Shown piece after piece: positions 1 to 9,533 of a DNA stretch of 64,000 bases (position 1 is the stretch's first letter; each line of letters begins with the position of its first letter). The DNA comes from Bacillota bacterium (lineage in GTDB: Bacteria > Bacillota > Limnochordia > DTU080 > JAAYLA01): the NCBI GenBank assembly GCA_012522135.1, contig JAAYLA010000375.1, forward strand, positions 20,309 through 84,308. The letters are read 5' to 3'. The notes beneath the pieces are model-generated. The model worked only from the letters and a program-made list of their open reading frames with translations. It was not told the origin of the DNA and made no database searches. Made by a program: the position numbers and the translations under genes.

Positions 1-191
1 CACGTGACCAGGGGAAAACGGAGCACGCCGCCAGCACCGCCCTGCAGCCCCAAGGCGACCAACGTCGCCGCGAACGACAGCGCGACTGCGGTCGAAGCGA
101 CCCGGGCGAGCGTACCCTCCTTCCACCGGTTGCGATTGGCGGCCGTGATGAGGGAACCGGCTAACGGCAGAGCTACAATGAGAAGCAGCAC
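1..191 (-). CDS. nuoL: NADH-quinone oxidoreductase subunit L, N-terminal fragment running off the window edge
   Basis: Manual minus-strand translation from a GTG at 191 gives VLLLIVALPLAGSLITAANRNRWKEG..., a NuoL-like hydrophobic N-terminus. It lies directly downstream of nuoK; the first ATG (overlapping the nuoK stop) hits a stop after 15 codons. Confidence 0.55.
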   Translation of the reverse strand, partial: MLLLIVALPLAGSLITAANRNRWKEGTLARVASTAVALSFAATLVALGLQGGAGGVLRFPLVT

Positions 192-216
192 AGGTGTCGT
201 CGATTCCACTGACGGC

Positions 217-522
217 TCATCCCTTCAAAAGCTGAATATCGTCGATGTCAACCGCCTCACGTCCGCGAAACAGGGCCACTACGAGCGCCAGGCCGATCGC
301 GACCTCGGCGGCCGCGACGATCATGGCGAAGAAGGCGAAAGCGTGGCCGTCCATATTGCCCACGTGCCGTGCGAACGCGATGAAGGCCAGCGCACCGCCT
401 CCCCACATGAGCTCGACGCTCATGAGCATAATGAGGGGATTGCGGCGGACGAGAAGGCCCAAAAGGCCGATCGCCGAGATCACGGCGCTGAGCAGCAAAT
501 AACCTTGGACCGACAGGGACAT
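217..522 (-). CDS. nuoK: NADH-quinone oxidoreductase subunit K
   Basis: 101-aa three-TM protein, MSLSVQGYLLLSAVI...VELMW, typical NuoK; its position in the nuo operon fits. Confidence 0.9.
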   Translation of the reverse strand: MSLSVQGYLLLSAVISAIGLLGLLVRRNPLIMLMSVELMWGGGALAFIAFARHVGNMDGHAFAFFAMIVAAAEVAIGLALVVALFRGREAVDIDDIQLLKG

Positions 523-525
523 AGC

Positions 526-1038
526 TTATTCTCTCCCCTTCTCCGGACGCCGGCCGACCAAGACGACAACGCCTACTACGGCTACAAGGAGCACGAGGGC
601 CGCTATCTCAAACGGGAAGACGTGCGTCACAAGGAGCGTCTCCCCCATTGCACGCACGGTGCCGAAGTTGCTCGGCACGGCAACACTCCCGCCTGGATCG
701 GACCGCACGATGGCCAGCACGACGAGGAACGCCATGGCGAACGCCGCCAGGAGGTTCAGCGGCAGCCTGCCGGCCGTCCGTGCCGTGAGGCGTTCCATAG
801 GCTCCCTTTTCACCGTGAGCAAAGCAATCACGAACAAGAATAAGATCATCACGGCGCCGGCGTAGACGATCACCTGTGCGACGGCGAGAAACTCCGCTTG
901 CAAGGAGAGATACACCCCCGCCAGCCCCAAAAAGTTGACGATGAGAGCGATGACGCTGTGTACCGGCGCGCGCGCCAGGATTACGCCAAGCGCGCCGCCT
1001 ATGGCCAGCGCACCGGAGACGATGAGGGCGACACTCAC
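526..1038 (-). CDS. nuoJ: NADH-quinone oxidoreductase subunit J
   Basis: 170-aa hydrophobic protein lying between nuoI and nuoK. Confidence 0.8.
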   Translation of the reverse strand: MSVALIVSGALAIGGALGVILARAPVHSVIALIVNFLGLAGVYLSLQAEFLAVAQVIVYAGAVMILFLFVIALLTVKREPMERLTARTAGRLPLNLLAAFAMAFLVVLAIVRSDPGGSVAVPSNFGTVRAMGETLLVTHVFPFEIAALVLLVAVVGVVVLVGRRPEKGRE

Positions 1039-1523
1039 GACGCATCGAGCCCCTTTCGTCCCTCATAGGGCGGATATACGTTTTCAGGCACCTTGAAATC
1101 GCTCGTGTGCCGATTTACGAGCCGGTCCCGCCCGTAAATCAGATTCTCTCGGCTGAAGTCGGCGAGCTCGAACTCCTGCGTCAGGTGGAGGGCCTCCGTG
1201 GGACACGCCTCTTCGCAGAGCCCGCAGAATATGCACCGCAGCATGTCGATTTCGTAGACGGCCGCGTACCGCTCGCCGGGCGAGTACGGATTTTGCGGGT
1301 CGTTTTCCGCCGCAATCACCGTAATGGCGTTGGCCGGGCAGGCAACCTGACACAGTTCGCAGCCGATACACATTTCGAGCCCATTTTCGTAGCGCCTCAG
1401 CTCGTGGCGGCCGCGAAAGCGCGCGCTGCGCGGTTTCTTCTGTTCCGGATAGCGGATGGTCGACTTCTCCCGGAAAAATGCCTTGAGCGTCGTGCCCATC
1501 CCTTTTACTAGGCCCTTAACCAC
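1035..1523 (-). CDS. nuoI: NADH-quinone oxidoreductase subunit I (2x[4Fe-4S] ferredoxin-type)
   Basis: Two CxxCxxCxxxCP motifs, [12 protein letters not shown] and [12 protein letters not shown]. Confidence 0.9.
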   Translation of the reverse strand: MVKGLVKGMGTTLKAFFREKSTIRYPEQKKPRSARFRGRHELRRYENGLEMCIGCELCQVACPANAITVIAAENDPQNPYSPGERYAAVYEIDMLRCIFCGLCEEACPTEALHLTQEFELADFSRENLIYGRDRLVNRHTSDFKVPENVYPPYEGRKGLDAS

Positions 1524-1535
1524 ACCATCGCCCCC

Positions 1536-2522
1536 TTATCGAAAGGCTACCCACGCGGCCGTGGCTACCAGGTTAAGAAACGCCACGGGCAGCATCACTT
1601 TCCAGCCAAAAGCCATGAGCCGGTCGTAACGCAGGCGCGGCAGCGTAGCCCGCATCCAGATGAACAGGAATACGAAAAACGACACCTTCAAGAGGAACCA
1701 GACGACAGGTGGCAAGAACGCGGGTCCACGCCAGCCGCCGAGATATAAGAGGGTCACAAGGCTCGACACCGTGATCATATTCACATATTCGGCGATCGCG
1801 AACATGGCGAAACGCATGCCGCTGTACTCCGTGTGGTAGCCGGCGACCAGCTCGGTCTCGGCCTCGGGCAGGTCGAAGGGCACCCGGTTTACCTCGGCCA
1901 CGACACTGATAAAAAACAGGATGAACCCTACCGGCTGCCGGACGATGAACCACAGGCTCTCTTGCGCGGTGACGATGTCGCTGAGGCGCAACGATCCGGC
2001 GAGCAAGATGACGCCCACGAGGCTCATGCCCATGGTGAGCTCGTAGCTGATCATCTGGGCCGTGGAACGCAGCGCACCCAGAAGCGAGTACTTGCTCTGA
2101 CTGGCCCATCCTCCCAAGGCGATACCGTACACGCCGAGCGACGTAAACGCTAAGAGGACGAGCACGCCTGCGTTCGGATCCGCAATGGAAAGGGGCACGG
2201 TCCAGTTGCCGATCTTGAGGGGCGGACCCACCGGGATCACCGCGAAGGCGGCAAAGGCGACGAACAGGCTGATCACGGGCGCCAGCTTGAAAATAAACCG
2301 ATCGGCATCACGGGGAATGATGTCTTCCTTAAATATCATCTTCACGCCGTCGGCGATCGGCTGCGCGAGTCCCCACGGTCCGGTCCGGTTCGGTCCCAGC
2401 CGGAGGTGGAACCATCCGAGAAACTTGCGCTCAAACAACATCAAATAGGCGAAGACCGTGAGGAGGACGATGATCAGCACCAAAGAGCGGATCGTTACGG
2501 CCACCAGGGAATCCGCGACCAC
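1536..2522 (-). CDS. nuoH: NADH-quinone oxidoreductase subunit H
   Basis: 328-aa polytopic membrane protein of the NuoH/ND1 family (LGPNRTGPWGLAQPIADGVK motif). Confidence 0.9.
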   Translation of the reverse strand: MVADSLVAVTIRSLVLIIVLLTVFAYLMLFERKFLGWFHLRLGPNRTGPWGLAQPIADGVKMIFKEDIIPRDADRFIFKLAPVISLFVAFAAFAVIPVGPPLKIGNWTVPLSIADPNAGVLVLLAFTSLGVYGIALGGWASQSKYSLLGALRSTAQMISYELTMGMSLVGVILLAGSLRLSDIVTAQESLWFIVRQPVGFILFFISVVAEVNRVPFDLPEAETELVAGYHTEYSGMRFAMFAIAEYVNMITVSSLVTLLYLGGWRGPAFLPPVVWFLLKVSFFVFLFIWMRATLPRLRYDRLMAFGWKVMLPVAFLNLVATAAWVAFR

Positions 2523-4897
2523 TAGCCTACCACCTCCATAACGCTCCGGTGCAGGCGGACACGGGGATGCTCGCCCGCTTGCAGGAGCGCGTAAGCGTCC
2601 GTGCCGGGCAGGCCGGCGACCACCTGCACGGTCCCGGGTACCACGTGGGCTGATACACGCACGGTGAGCTCTAGCTCGACGCCGCCGGCCGTCAGCGTGA
2701 CCGTGTCGCCCTCAGCCACGCCCTGCTCCGACGCGTCCTCCGGGTTCAGCAGCGCTTCGGCCCGCGGGCGCGCATGTTCGATGCCCCGGTCGAAGTACGA
2801 GGTGCCGCCGCCGGCAAAGAGGCGTTCCACCGGAACGAGGACCAAGTCCTCTCCCGCGGCGCTCGAAGCCGCAAGTCCGCCCTCCAGCGCCGCGGCAAAA
2901 GCGTCAGCGGTAAGACCGGCAAAGCCTGAAGCCGTGCAACCAAGACGTGCCATCTCTTCTGCCAAAGCCTCGTCGGACGCATACACGTTCACCCGCAGTC
3001 GCTCGGCCAGGGCCGTGATGATCTGGCCGTCCGTCCAGGTCTCGAACTCGGGGTAATCCGCCGGCTGCACCTTTTGCACTTGGCCGTCGAGCGTCGTGTA
3101 GGCGCCGGCCTTCGCCGGAAACGCCGCGGCCGGCAAAATCACGTCGGCGTACTCGGCCGTTTCCGTGACAAATAGATCCACTGCTACGACAAAGGCTTTC
3201 TGGAGAGCCGCCGCGACGAGCTCGCCGTCCGGGTACGTCTGCTTCAAGTTGGCGCCGAACAAGACCAGCGCCTCAAGCGAGCCCGCGGCGGCGGCCTTCA
3301 GCATGCTCTCCGTGGACAAACCGTCCTCGGCCGGCAACGCCGCGCCCCATGCCTGTTCCACTTCCGCCCGCGCGCTCGCCTCTGCCGCGACGCGCCCGCC
3401 CGGCAGCAGAGCCGGGTGCAAGCCCATCCACTCCGCGCCTCTGCCGTTGCCTTGCTCGCTCAAGATCAGTAAGCGGACGTCCTTGCCCATTTCCCGCAAC
3501 TGGGCCAATAGACCGTCCAACGCCCGCCCGATCGCGGCGTCGTGGCCTGCCCACAGGACGATGATCTTATCGCCGGCGGACAGATCGTCCAACAGCTGGG
3601 CTCCTCCGAGCGCTTCACCGACCTGGCCCGGCAGTGCGTCGTAGCGTTTCACGGGCACGCGGTACGCGCCGTGGACCGCTCCGACCGAAATGATACGGCC
3701 ACCCCTGCGGGCGCACTTGCGCACCCGCAGGTCGAGGACCGGAGCCCGTTCCTGTACGAGTGTATCGACGATCAGCACCGTATCGGCAGAGTCGACGTCG
3801 ACCATGCGTCCGGCATATGGTCCGTACGAGGCGACCAGCTGTCTGCCGGTACGGTAGTCGATGTTGGCCGTGCCGAGGCCAGCCCGGGCTAGCTTGCCGA
3901 GAAGATAAGCTTCCTCGTTCGTCAACCGGCCGCCGCCGATGAAGCCGATCGCCTGCGGTCCAGCCCCTTGCCTCACCGCATTCAGGCGCTCTGCCACGAT
4001 GTTCAAAGCCTGGTCCCACGATACGGGTTGCAACTTGCCGTTCATGCGCACAAGGGGCCTTTCGACCCTGCCTTCGCCTTGTACGAAACCGTAGTTGAAC
4101 CGTCCGCGGTCACACAGCCAGCCGCCGTCCACCGCTGGGTTTTCCCGAGATACCACGCGAACAAGCTCTCCGAACCGGTAGTCTAGGCGGACATTGCACC
4201 CGACCGAGCATCCGGTGCACACCGAAGGCACTTTGGCAAGGTCCCAAGGGCGCGCGCGGAAGCGGTAGAGCTCGCTCGTGAGCGCACCGACCGGACACAG
4301 TTCGATCGTATTGCCCGAGAAATAGGAGTCGTACCGTTCGCCGGGCGCCGTCGTGATGACCACGCCGTCGGCCCGCTCCGCGACGACCAGGTTGTTTTCG
4401 AGCGCGATTTCGTCGTCAAAGCGGGTGCACCGCCGGCACACGATGCAGCGCTCCCGGTCGAATACAATGAAGTTGCCCAGCTCCGCCGACTTCAGTTTGC
4501 GCACTTTCGGGTCGAGCGAACGGCTCACGGCGGGCCCGTATGAGTACGTCTGATCCTGCAGCGGGCACTCGCCGCCCTTGTCGCAAACCGGGCAGTCGAG
4601 GGGATGGTTCAGGAGCAGGAGCTCCAAGACGCCCTTCCGGAGTTGGTCGATGAGCTCGGTTTGCGTGCGGACCACCATACCATCGGATACGGGCATCGTA
4701 CAGGCCGTGACGGGCTTGCGCTGTCCTTCCACCTCGACAAGGCACATGCGGCAAACGCCGACGGGCTCGAGCTTCGGATGATGGCAGAACACGGGGATGT
4801 CGACGCCGGCGAGCTTCGCCGCCTCGACGAGCAGCATGCCCTTCGGCACTTCGACGGTTCGGCCGTCGATCGTGATGTGTACACGCTCCTGGCTCAC
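2522..4897 (-). CDS. nuoG: NADH-quinone oxidoreductase subunit G (75 kDa Fe-S / molybdopterin-like subunit)
   Basis: 2Fe-2S and 4Fe-4S Cys clusters plus a molybdopterin oxidoreductase-like body. The true start is probably the GTG at 4897, overlapping the nuoF TGA as GTGA; the ORF-track start at 5209 is an in-frame extension through the nuoF 3' end. Confidence 0.85.
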   Translation of the reverse strand: MSQERVHITIDGRTVEVPKGMLLVEAAKLAGVDIPVFCHHPKLEPVGVCRMCLVEVEGQRKPVTACTMPVSDGMVVRTQTELIDQLRKGVLELLLLNHPLDCPVCDKGGECPLQDQTYSYGPAVSRSLDPKVRKLKSAELGNFIVFDRERCIVCRRCTRFDDEIALENNLVVAERADGVVITTAPGERYDSYFSGNTIELCPVGALTSELYRFRARPWDLAKVPSVCTGCSVGCNVRLDYRFGELVRVVSRENPAVDGGWLCDRGRFNYGFVQGEGRVERPLVRMNGKLQPVSWDQALNIVAERLNAVRQGAGPQAIGFIGGGRLTNEEAYLLGKLARAGLGTANIDYRTGRQLVASYGPYAGRMVDVDSADTVLIVDTLVQERAPVLDLRVRKCARRGGRIISVGAVHGAYRVPVKRYDALPGQVGEALGGAQLLDDLSAGDKIIVLWAGHDAAIGRALDGLLAQLREMGKDVRLLILSEQGNGRGAEWMGLHPALLPGGRVAAEASARAEVEQAWGAALPAEDGLSTESMLKAAAAGSLEALVLFGANLKQTYPDGELVAAALQKAFVVAVDLFVTETAEYADVILPAAAFPAKAGAYTTLDGQVQKVQPADYPEFETWTDGQIITALAERLRVNVYASDEALAEEMARLGCTASGFAGLTADAFAAALEGGLAASSAAGEDLVLVPVERLFAGGGTSYFDRGIEHARPRAEALLNPEDASEQGVAEGDTVTLTAGGVELELTVRVSAHVVPGTVQVVAGLPGTDAYALLQAGEHPRVRLHRSVMEVVG

Positions 4898-6177
4898 GCC
4901 GAGCGCACCTCCTCCAATTGCAGCGGACAGCCTCCGGCCGTCACATGGGCCTCGAACTCCTCCGGGAACCGCTCCAACACGGACTGGACGAAGAAAGTGG
5001 AGGCATCGGAAAGTAGACAGATAGTCGTGCCCTGCATCGTCCGCTTCAGACTGCGCAAGACGTCCAAATCGTGCATCGTGCCCCCGCCCTCCTCGAGACG
5101 CCGGAGGATGCGGGACTTCCACGCGGTTCCCTCGCGACACGGCGTGCACTGGCCGCACGATTCGTTGGAGAAGAAATCGGCGTAGTATCGGGCTACCCGG
5201 ACAAGGCACACGGTGTCGTCGAAGACGATGACACCGGCCGTCCCGAGCATCGAACCGGCCTCCATCGTCGAATCGAAGTCGAGGGGTACGTCCACGTGGT
5301 CAGCCGTGAGAATCGGCGCCGACGCTCCGCCTGGCTGGAATCCTTTCAACCTGCGGCCTTCATGCAAGCCGCCCGCCAGGTCCAACAGCTCGGCAAAGGT
5401 CACGCCGAGGGGCAGCTCGTAATTGCCCGGCCGCTTCACCTTGCCGCTCACGGAGTAAATCTTGGGCCCGGGACTTTTCTCGGTGCCGATCGACCGGTAC
5501 CATTCGACTCCCCGGTAGATGATGTGGGGCACGTTGCACAAAGTCTCGACGTTGTTCACGATCGTCGGCATCCCGTAAAGCCCCGACACCGCCGGGAAGG
5601 GAGGTTTCAGGCGGGGCTGGCCCCGGCCGCCCTCTAGGGAAGACAAAAGTCCGGTCTCCTCGCCGCAAATGTAGGCCCCGGCGCCTCGGTGAACGGTGAT
5701 TTCCTGGTCGAAGCCGGAGCCCATGATGTTCTTGCCCAAATAGCCTTTGCGCCTGGCCTGTTCCATCGCACGCATCAAGACGTCGTATCCGCGCTTGAAC
5801 TCGCCGCGCAGGTAAATGAACGACTGCGCCGCGCCCGTCGCATAAGCGGAAATTAAGATGCCCTCTATGAGTTGGTGCGGGTTGTATTCAATGAGCATCC
5901 GGTTGTTGAACGTAGCGGGTTCGCTCTCATCGGCGTTGCAGACCAAATAGCGCGGTCTGCCGTCGTTCGGTAAAAATCCCCACTTGACCCCTGTGGGAAA
6001 GCCCGCTCCCCCGCGCCCGCGCAGACCCGACTCCTTGACCATCTCGTGCACTTCGGCGGGACTGAGCTCTTTCAGCGCCTTCCTCAAACCCTGGTAGCCG
6101 CCTTGGCCTTCGTACACGTCGATATCGATGAGGTCGCCCTCGCCGATGCCCTTTGTCAGTACCGGTTCAAAGCCCAT
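4894..6177 (-). CDS. nuoF: NADH-quinone oxidoreductase subunit F (NADH/FMN-binding 51 kDa)
   Basis: GRGGAGFPTGVKW FMN/NADH motif and a C-terminal 4Fe-4S CGQCTPCREG motif. Confidence 0.95.
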   Translation of the reverse strand: MGFEPVLTKGIGEGDLIDIDVYEGQGGYQGLRKALKELSPAEVHEMVKESGLRGRGGAGFPTGVKWGFLPNDGRPRYLVCNADESEPATFNNRMLIEYNPHQLIEGILISAYATGAAQSFIYLRGEFKRGYDVLMRAMEQARRKGYLGKNIMGSGFDQEITVHRGAGAYICGEETGLLSSLEGGRGQPRLKPPFPAVSGLYGMPTIVNNVETLCNVPHIIYRGVEWYRSIGTEKSPGPKIYSVSGKVKRPGNYELPLGVTFAELLDLAGGLHEGRRLKGFQPGGASAPILTADHVDVPLDFDSTMEAGSMLGTAGVIVFDDTVCLVRVARYYADFFSNESCGQCTPCREGTAWKSRILRRLEEGGGTMHDLDVLRSLKRTMQGTTICLLSDASTFFVQSVLERFPEEFEAHVTAGGCPLQLEEVRSA

Positions 6178-6192
6178 GGACGCGCCTCCCCG

Positions 6193-6756
6193 TCAGCTCG
6201 AAGACTTCGTGAACCCGGCGGTCGGTTGCAGCGACAACCCGCCGAACATGTCGCCGATGGCCTCCGGCGTTTCGCCCCGGCGGATCGCCTCGATGATCGC
6301 GTCGGCCTTTTCCGGATCCACTTTGTTGCAGTACTCCAAATTGACTTGAAGCGCCGGGGCTGCATCGCAGGCGGCAATGCACTCGCCCGTAACGTGCAGC
6401 GTGATGAGGCCGTCGGGCGTCGTCTCGCCGGCCTTGATTCCGAGCCGCTCTTCCAGGTGTCGGATGAGCTCGGCGCTGCCTTCTAAACCACAAGCGATAT
6501 TGTTGCACACGTGAATCACGTACTTGCCGACCGGTTTTCTTTCGTACAAGGAATAAAATGAAATCACCGACTCGGCGTAGGCCTTCGTCACCCCGGTCAG
6601 CTCGGCGATCGCGGCCAGATCCTCCTCGGACACGTAGCCACGGACCTCCTGCGCGAGATGAAACAGGGGCATCAGGGCTGAACGCTTCTGAGGGTAGCGG
6701 TCCAAAATCGCCTGCACTTCGTCTGCGTGCGACGTAAGCCATGCTGGGGCGCTCAT
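6193..6756 (-). CDS. nuoE: NADH-quinone oxidoreductase subunit E (24 kDa, 2Fe-2S)
   Basis: Thioredoxin-like 2Fe-2S Cys motifs (CNNIACG...CIAAC). The start is placed at the internal ATG (MSAPAWLT) abutting the nuoD stop. Confidence 0.85.
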   Translation of the reverse strand: MSAPAWLTSHADEVQAILDRYPQKRSALMPLFHLAQEVRGYVSEEDLAAIAELTGVTKAYAESVISFYSLYERKPVGKYVIHVCNNIACGLEGSAELIRHLEERLGIKAGETTPDGLITLHVTGECIAACDAAPALQVNLEYCNKVDPEKADAIIEAIRRGETPEAIGDMFGGLSLQPTAGFTKSSS

Positions 6757-7979
6757 CGGTCGACCTCCCCGAAAACCGGATCTACCGTGGCGACGACGGA
6801 GACCAGGTCTGCAATCAAGTTTCCTTCCAACATCTTCGGAATCGCCATCACGTTGTAAAAGGATGGCGGCCGCACCCGCACGCGCCACGGCTTATTCGTT
6901 CCGTTGGAGACGAGGTACACCCCGAACTCGCCGCGCGGGCTTTCGATCGGCACGTACACCTCGCCCGCCGGCACGTCAAACCCGTACGAGACGATCTTAA
7001 AGTGATGAATGAGCTGCTCCATGCTCTCGCGCACTTCGTGCTTGGGCGGGCGCACGATCTTGCGGTCGTCGGTCTGCCACGGCCCGTCGGGCAGCCGCTC
7101 GAGAGCCTGTTGCACCAGCTTGTACGACTCCCACATCTCGAGCACCCTGACCATGTAGCGGTCGTACGTGTCGCCTGCCGTACCTACCGGAACCTCGAAA
7201 TCGTACGTCTCGTAGCCCATGTACGGAAAGGCTTTGCGCACGTCGTAGGAGACCCCGGTGGCGCGCAGATTCGGTCCGGTAAGCCCCCAGGCGATCGCGT
7301 CTTCCTGCGAGATCGCCCCGACCCCTCGCACGCGGTCGAGAAAGATCGGGTTTTCCTCCATGAGCGCACGCAGCTCCTCGTAACGCTTGGGGAACCGCTG
7401 CAGCCAGTCGCGCAGCATGCGCTCAAACTCCGGGGTCAGATCCGCGGCGAGCCCTCCGACCCGGAAGTAGCTAGGATTCATGCGAGCGCCGGAGACCTCT
7501 TCGAACATGTCGAGGATCCCTTCGCGCAAGTCAAAGGCGTACATGATCATGCTCTGCACGCCGAGGTCGAGGCCCGTGGTGCCGAGCCAGACGAGATGGC
7601 TCGCGATGCGCATCAGCTCGGCCAAAAGCAGCCGGACCGTCACCGCGCGCGGCGGCACCTCTAACCCCAAAAGCTTTTCCACCGCCAAGACGTAACCGAG
7701 GTTGTTTGAAAGCGGCGACAGGTAATCCATCCGGTCGATGACCGTGATCGCCTGCTGCCACGTGAGGTTCTCGGCCGTCTTCTCGATGCCCGTGTGGAGG
7801 AAGCCGATCTCGGGCGTGCACCTTACTACCGTCTCGCCTTCGAGCTCCAGGATGAGCCGGAGCACGCCGTGGGTGCTCGGATGGTGCGGGCCAACCGAAA
7901 GGATCATGCGGTCGCCGTCCAACGTTTCGAGCACTTCGTAGCCTTGATGCGTGAAATATTCCGGACTACGCGTCGCCAT
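6753..7979 (-). CDS. nuoD: NADH-quinone oxidoreductase subunit D (49 kDa)
   Basis: [17 protein letters not shown]...HPSTHGVLRL, typical NuoD; the start is placed at the ATG after a GGGGG RBS. Confidence 0.9.
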   Translation of the reverse strand: MATRSPEYFTHQGYEVLETLDGDRMILSVGPHHPSTHGVLRLILELEGETVVRCTPEIGFLHTGIEKTAENLTWQQAITVIDRMDYLSPLSNNLGYVLAVEKLLGLEVPPRAVTVRLLLAELMRIASHLVWLGTTGLDLGVQSMIMYAFDLREGILDMFEEVSGARMNPSYFRVGGLAADLTPEFERMLRDWLQRFPKRYEELRALMEENPIFLDRVRGVGAISQEDAIAWGLTGPNLRATGVSYDVRKAFPYMGYETYDFEVPVGTAGDTYDRYMVRVLEMWESYKLVQQALERLPDGPWQTDDRKIVRPPKHEVRESMEQLIHHFKIVSYGFDVPAGEVYVPIESPRGEFGVYLVSNGTNKPWRVRVRPPSFYNVMAIPKMLEGNLIADLVSVVATVDPVFGEVDR

Positions 7980-8508
7980 TCGCTTCGCCCCCAACGTTCT
8001 CGAGTTTCGGCGCGTGGAACCGGCCTTGCCGCGCGGGAGTGGGCTGCTGCGCCATCGCTCTGGGGCCTTGCAGCGGGTAGTCTTTGCGCAGGGGGTGCCC
8101 GTCCCAGTTATCCGGCATCAAGATTCGCGTCAGGTTCGGATGGCCCGTAAAGACGACTCCGAACAGGTCGTAAACTTCCCGCTCCGCGGCGGCGGCCGCA
8201 GGCCACAGGGACGCGACGGAGGGCACCTCGGGTTTCGCGTCGTCCTTCGGGCTGACGCGCAAGCGAATCCGCCGCAGCGCCGCCGTGTCGAGCAGGTGGT
8301 AGACGACTTCAAAGCGGGGCCGCCGGGGCAAGTAGTCCACGCCGCCCACGTCGAGCAGCAGGTCGAAGCCGTCCTCCCGCAGCCAGCCCGCCACCTCGAG
8401 CAGGCCGTCGGGGTCGACCTTCACCTGCGGAATTTCGAAGGGCGTAGGCATCTCCTCCACCCACTGGGGATAGCGCTCGCACAAAAAACGCACGTACGGC
8501 TCAGGCAC
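7966..8508 (-). CDS. nuoC: NADH-quinone oxidoreductase subunit C (30 kDa)
   Basis: 180-aa NuoC-like sequence; its position fits. Confidence 0.85.
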   Translation of the reverse strand: MPEPYVRFLCERYPQWVEEMPTPFEIPQVKVDPDGLLEVAGWLREDGFDLLLDVGGVDYLPRRPRFEVVYHLLDTAALRRIRLRVSPKDDAKPEVPSVASLWPAAAAAEREVYDLFGVVFTGHPNLTRILMPDNWDGHPLRKDYPLQGPRAMAQQPTPARQGRFHAPKLENVGGEANGDA

Positions 8509-8986
8509 GCCGCATCAGACCACCTTTCGCCCGCCCGGACGCAATGGCATCCTGCAGCTTGAGTACGGCGTCGAGCACCGCGTCAGGCGTGGGCGGACAA
8601 CCCGGCACGTAAACATCGACCGGCAGCACCTCGTCGACGCCTTGTACAATCGCGTAGTTGTCGAAAATGCCGCCGCTCGACGCACACGCGCCCATGGCGA
8701 TCACCCACTTGGGCTCGGGCATTTGCTGGTAAATCCGTTCAATCACCGGCACCATCTTGTTCGAAAGGCGACCGGATACGATCATCAAGTTGGCATGGCG
8801 GGGTGAGGCACGGAACACCTCGGCGCCGAACCGGGCCGAGTCGTAGCGCGGTCCCGGCAGGTTCATCATCTCGATCGCGCAGCACGCCAGGCCAAAGGTG
8901 AGCGGCCAGATCGATGACTTCTGGGCCCAGCGCACGAATTTGTCGATGGTCGTGACAATGAAAGAATCTCCGCTGCTCACTGCCAC
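8501..8986 (-). CDS. nuoB: NADH-quinone oxidoreductase subunit B (20 kDa, N2 cluster)
   Basis: [10 protein letters not shown]...GACASSGG...GCPP motifs. A GTG start follows an AAGGGGGG RBS and overlaps the nuoA end. Confidence 0.9.
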   Translation of the reverse strand: MAVSSGDSFIVTTIDKFVRWAQKSSIWPLTFGLACCAIEMMNLPGPRYDSARFGAEVFRASPRHANLMIVSGRLSNKMVPVIERIYQQMPEPKWVIAMGACASSGGIFDNYAIVQGVDEVLPVDVYVPGCPPTPDAVLDAVLKLQDAIASGRAKGGLMRRA

Positions 8987-9325
8987 TCGAATCCCCCCTT
9001 CTTCCACACGTACAGATCGCCGAGAATGAAGACGATCAGGAAGGGCACCATAACGTAGAAGCCCCATGGACCGAGGTCTTTGAGGGAGACGGCCCATGGG
9101 TAGAAAGCAACGGCCTCTACGTCAAAGACGACGAAGAGCATGGCGATGAGGTAGAACTTGACCGAGAAGCGGCCCATGAGCGGCGGGGTCGGATACCCGC
9201 TTTCGTACGGCAAATATTTTGCCGGCTCTGGGGACCTAGGACCTACGTAAGTGGCAATGAGCGAGATGACGATCGGCACCAGAAGGGCAAAGAGCACATA
9301 GATGAAGAGGGGCGTGTAAGCGCTC
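8977..9325 (-). CDS. nuoA: NADH-quinone oxidoreductase subunit A
   Basis: Three-TM protein [20 protein letters not shown].... The start is placed at the second GTG, after an AGGAGGAG RBS. Confidence 0.85.
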
Positions 9326-9533
9326 ACGTGAACTCCTCCTGTCACGCCCTGCCGCCGCGGGCAGTCGCAGTCCGGTCAGAAGTCGGTCCAATGGTACCAC
9401 ATGTACCTGCCATTTGTAAAGTGAACGCGGGCACAATGTCCTTTTCCTTACGCCCTCTGCACGTGACATGCCTCCGGCGGGTCCGGTAGCTTTGCCCGGT
9501 AGTTTTGCCCGTCCCAAGGCGGTTCGCCCTATC

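Noticed and set aside
4-843. 279-aa plus-strand ORF across nuoK/nuoJ
   Set aside because: Opposite-strand shadow ORF inside well-supported nuo genes. High GC inflates ORF length, and the product has low-complexity, Arg/Pro-rich composition.
4898-5209. N-terminal 104-codon extension of the nuoG ORF
   Set aside because: The extension overlaps the nuoF 3' end in another frame. The NuoG homology begins at the GTG that overlaps the nuoF stop.
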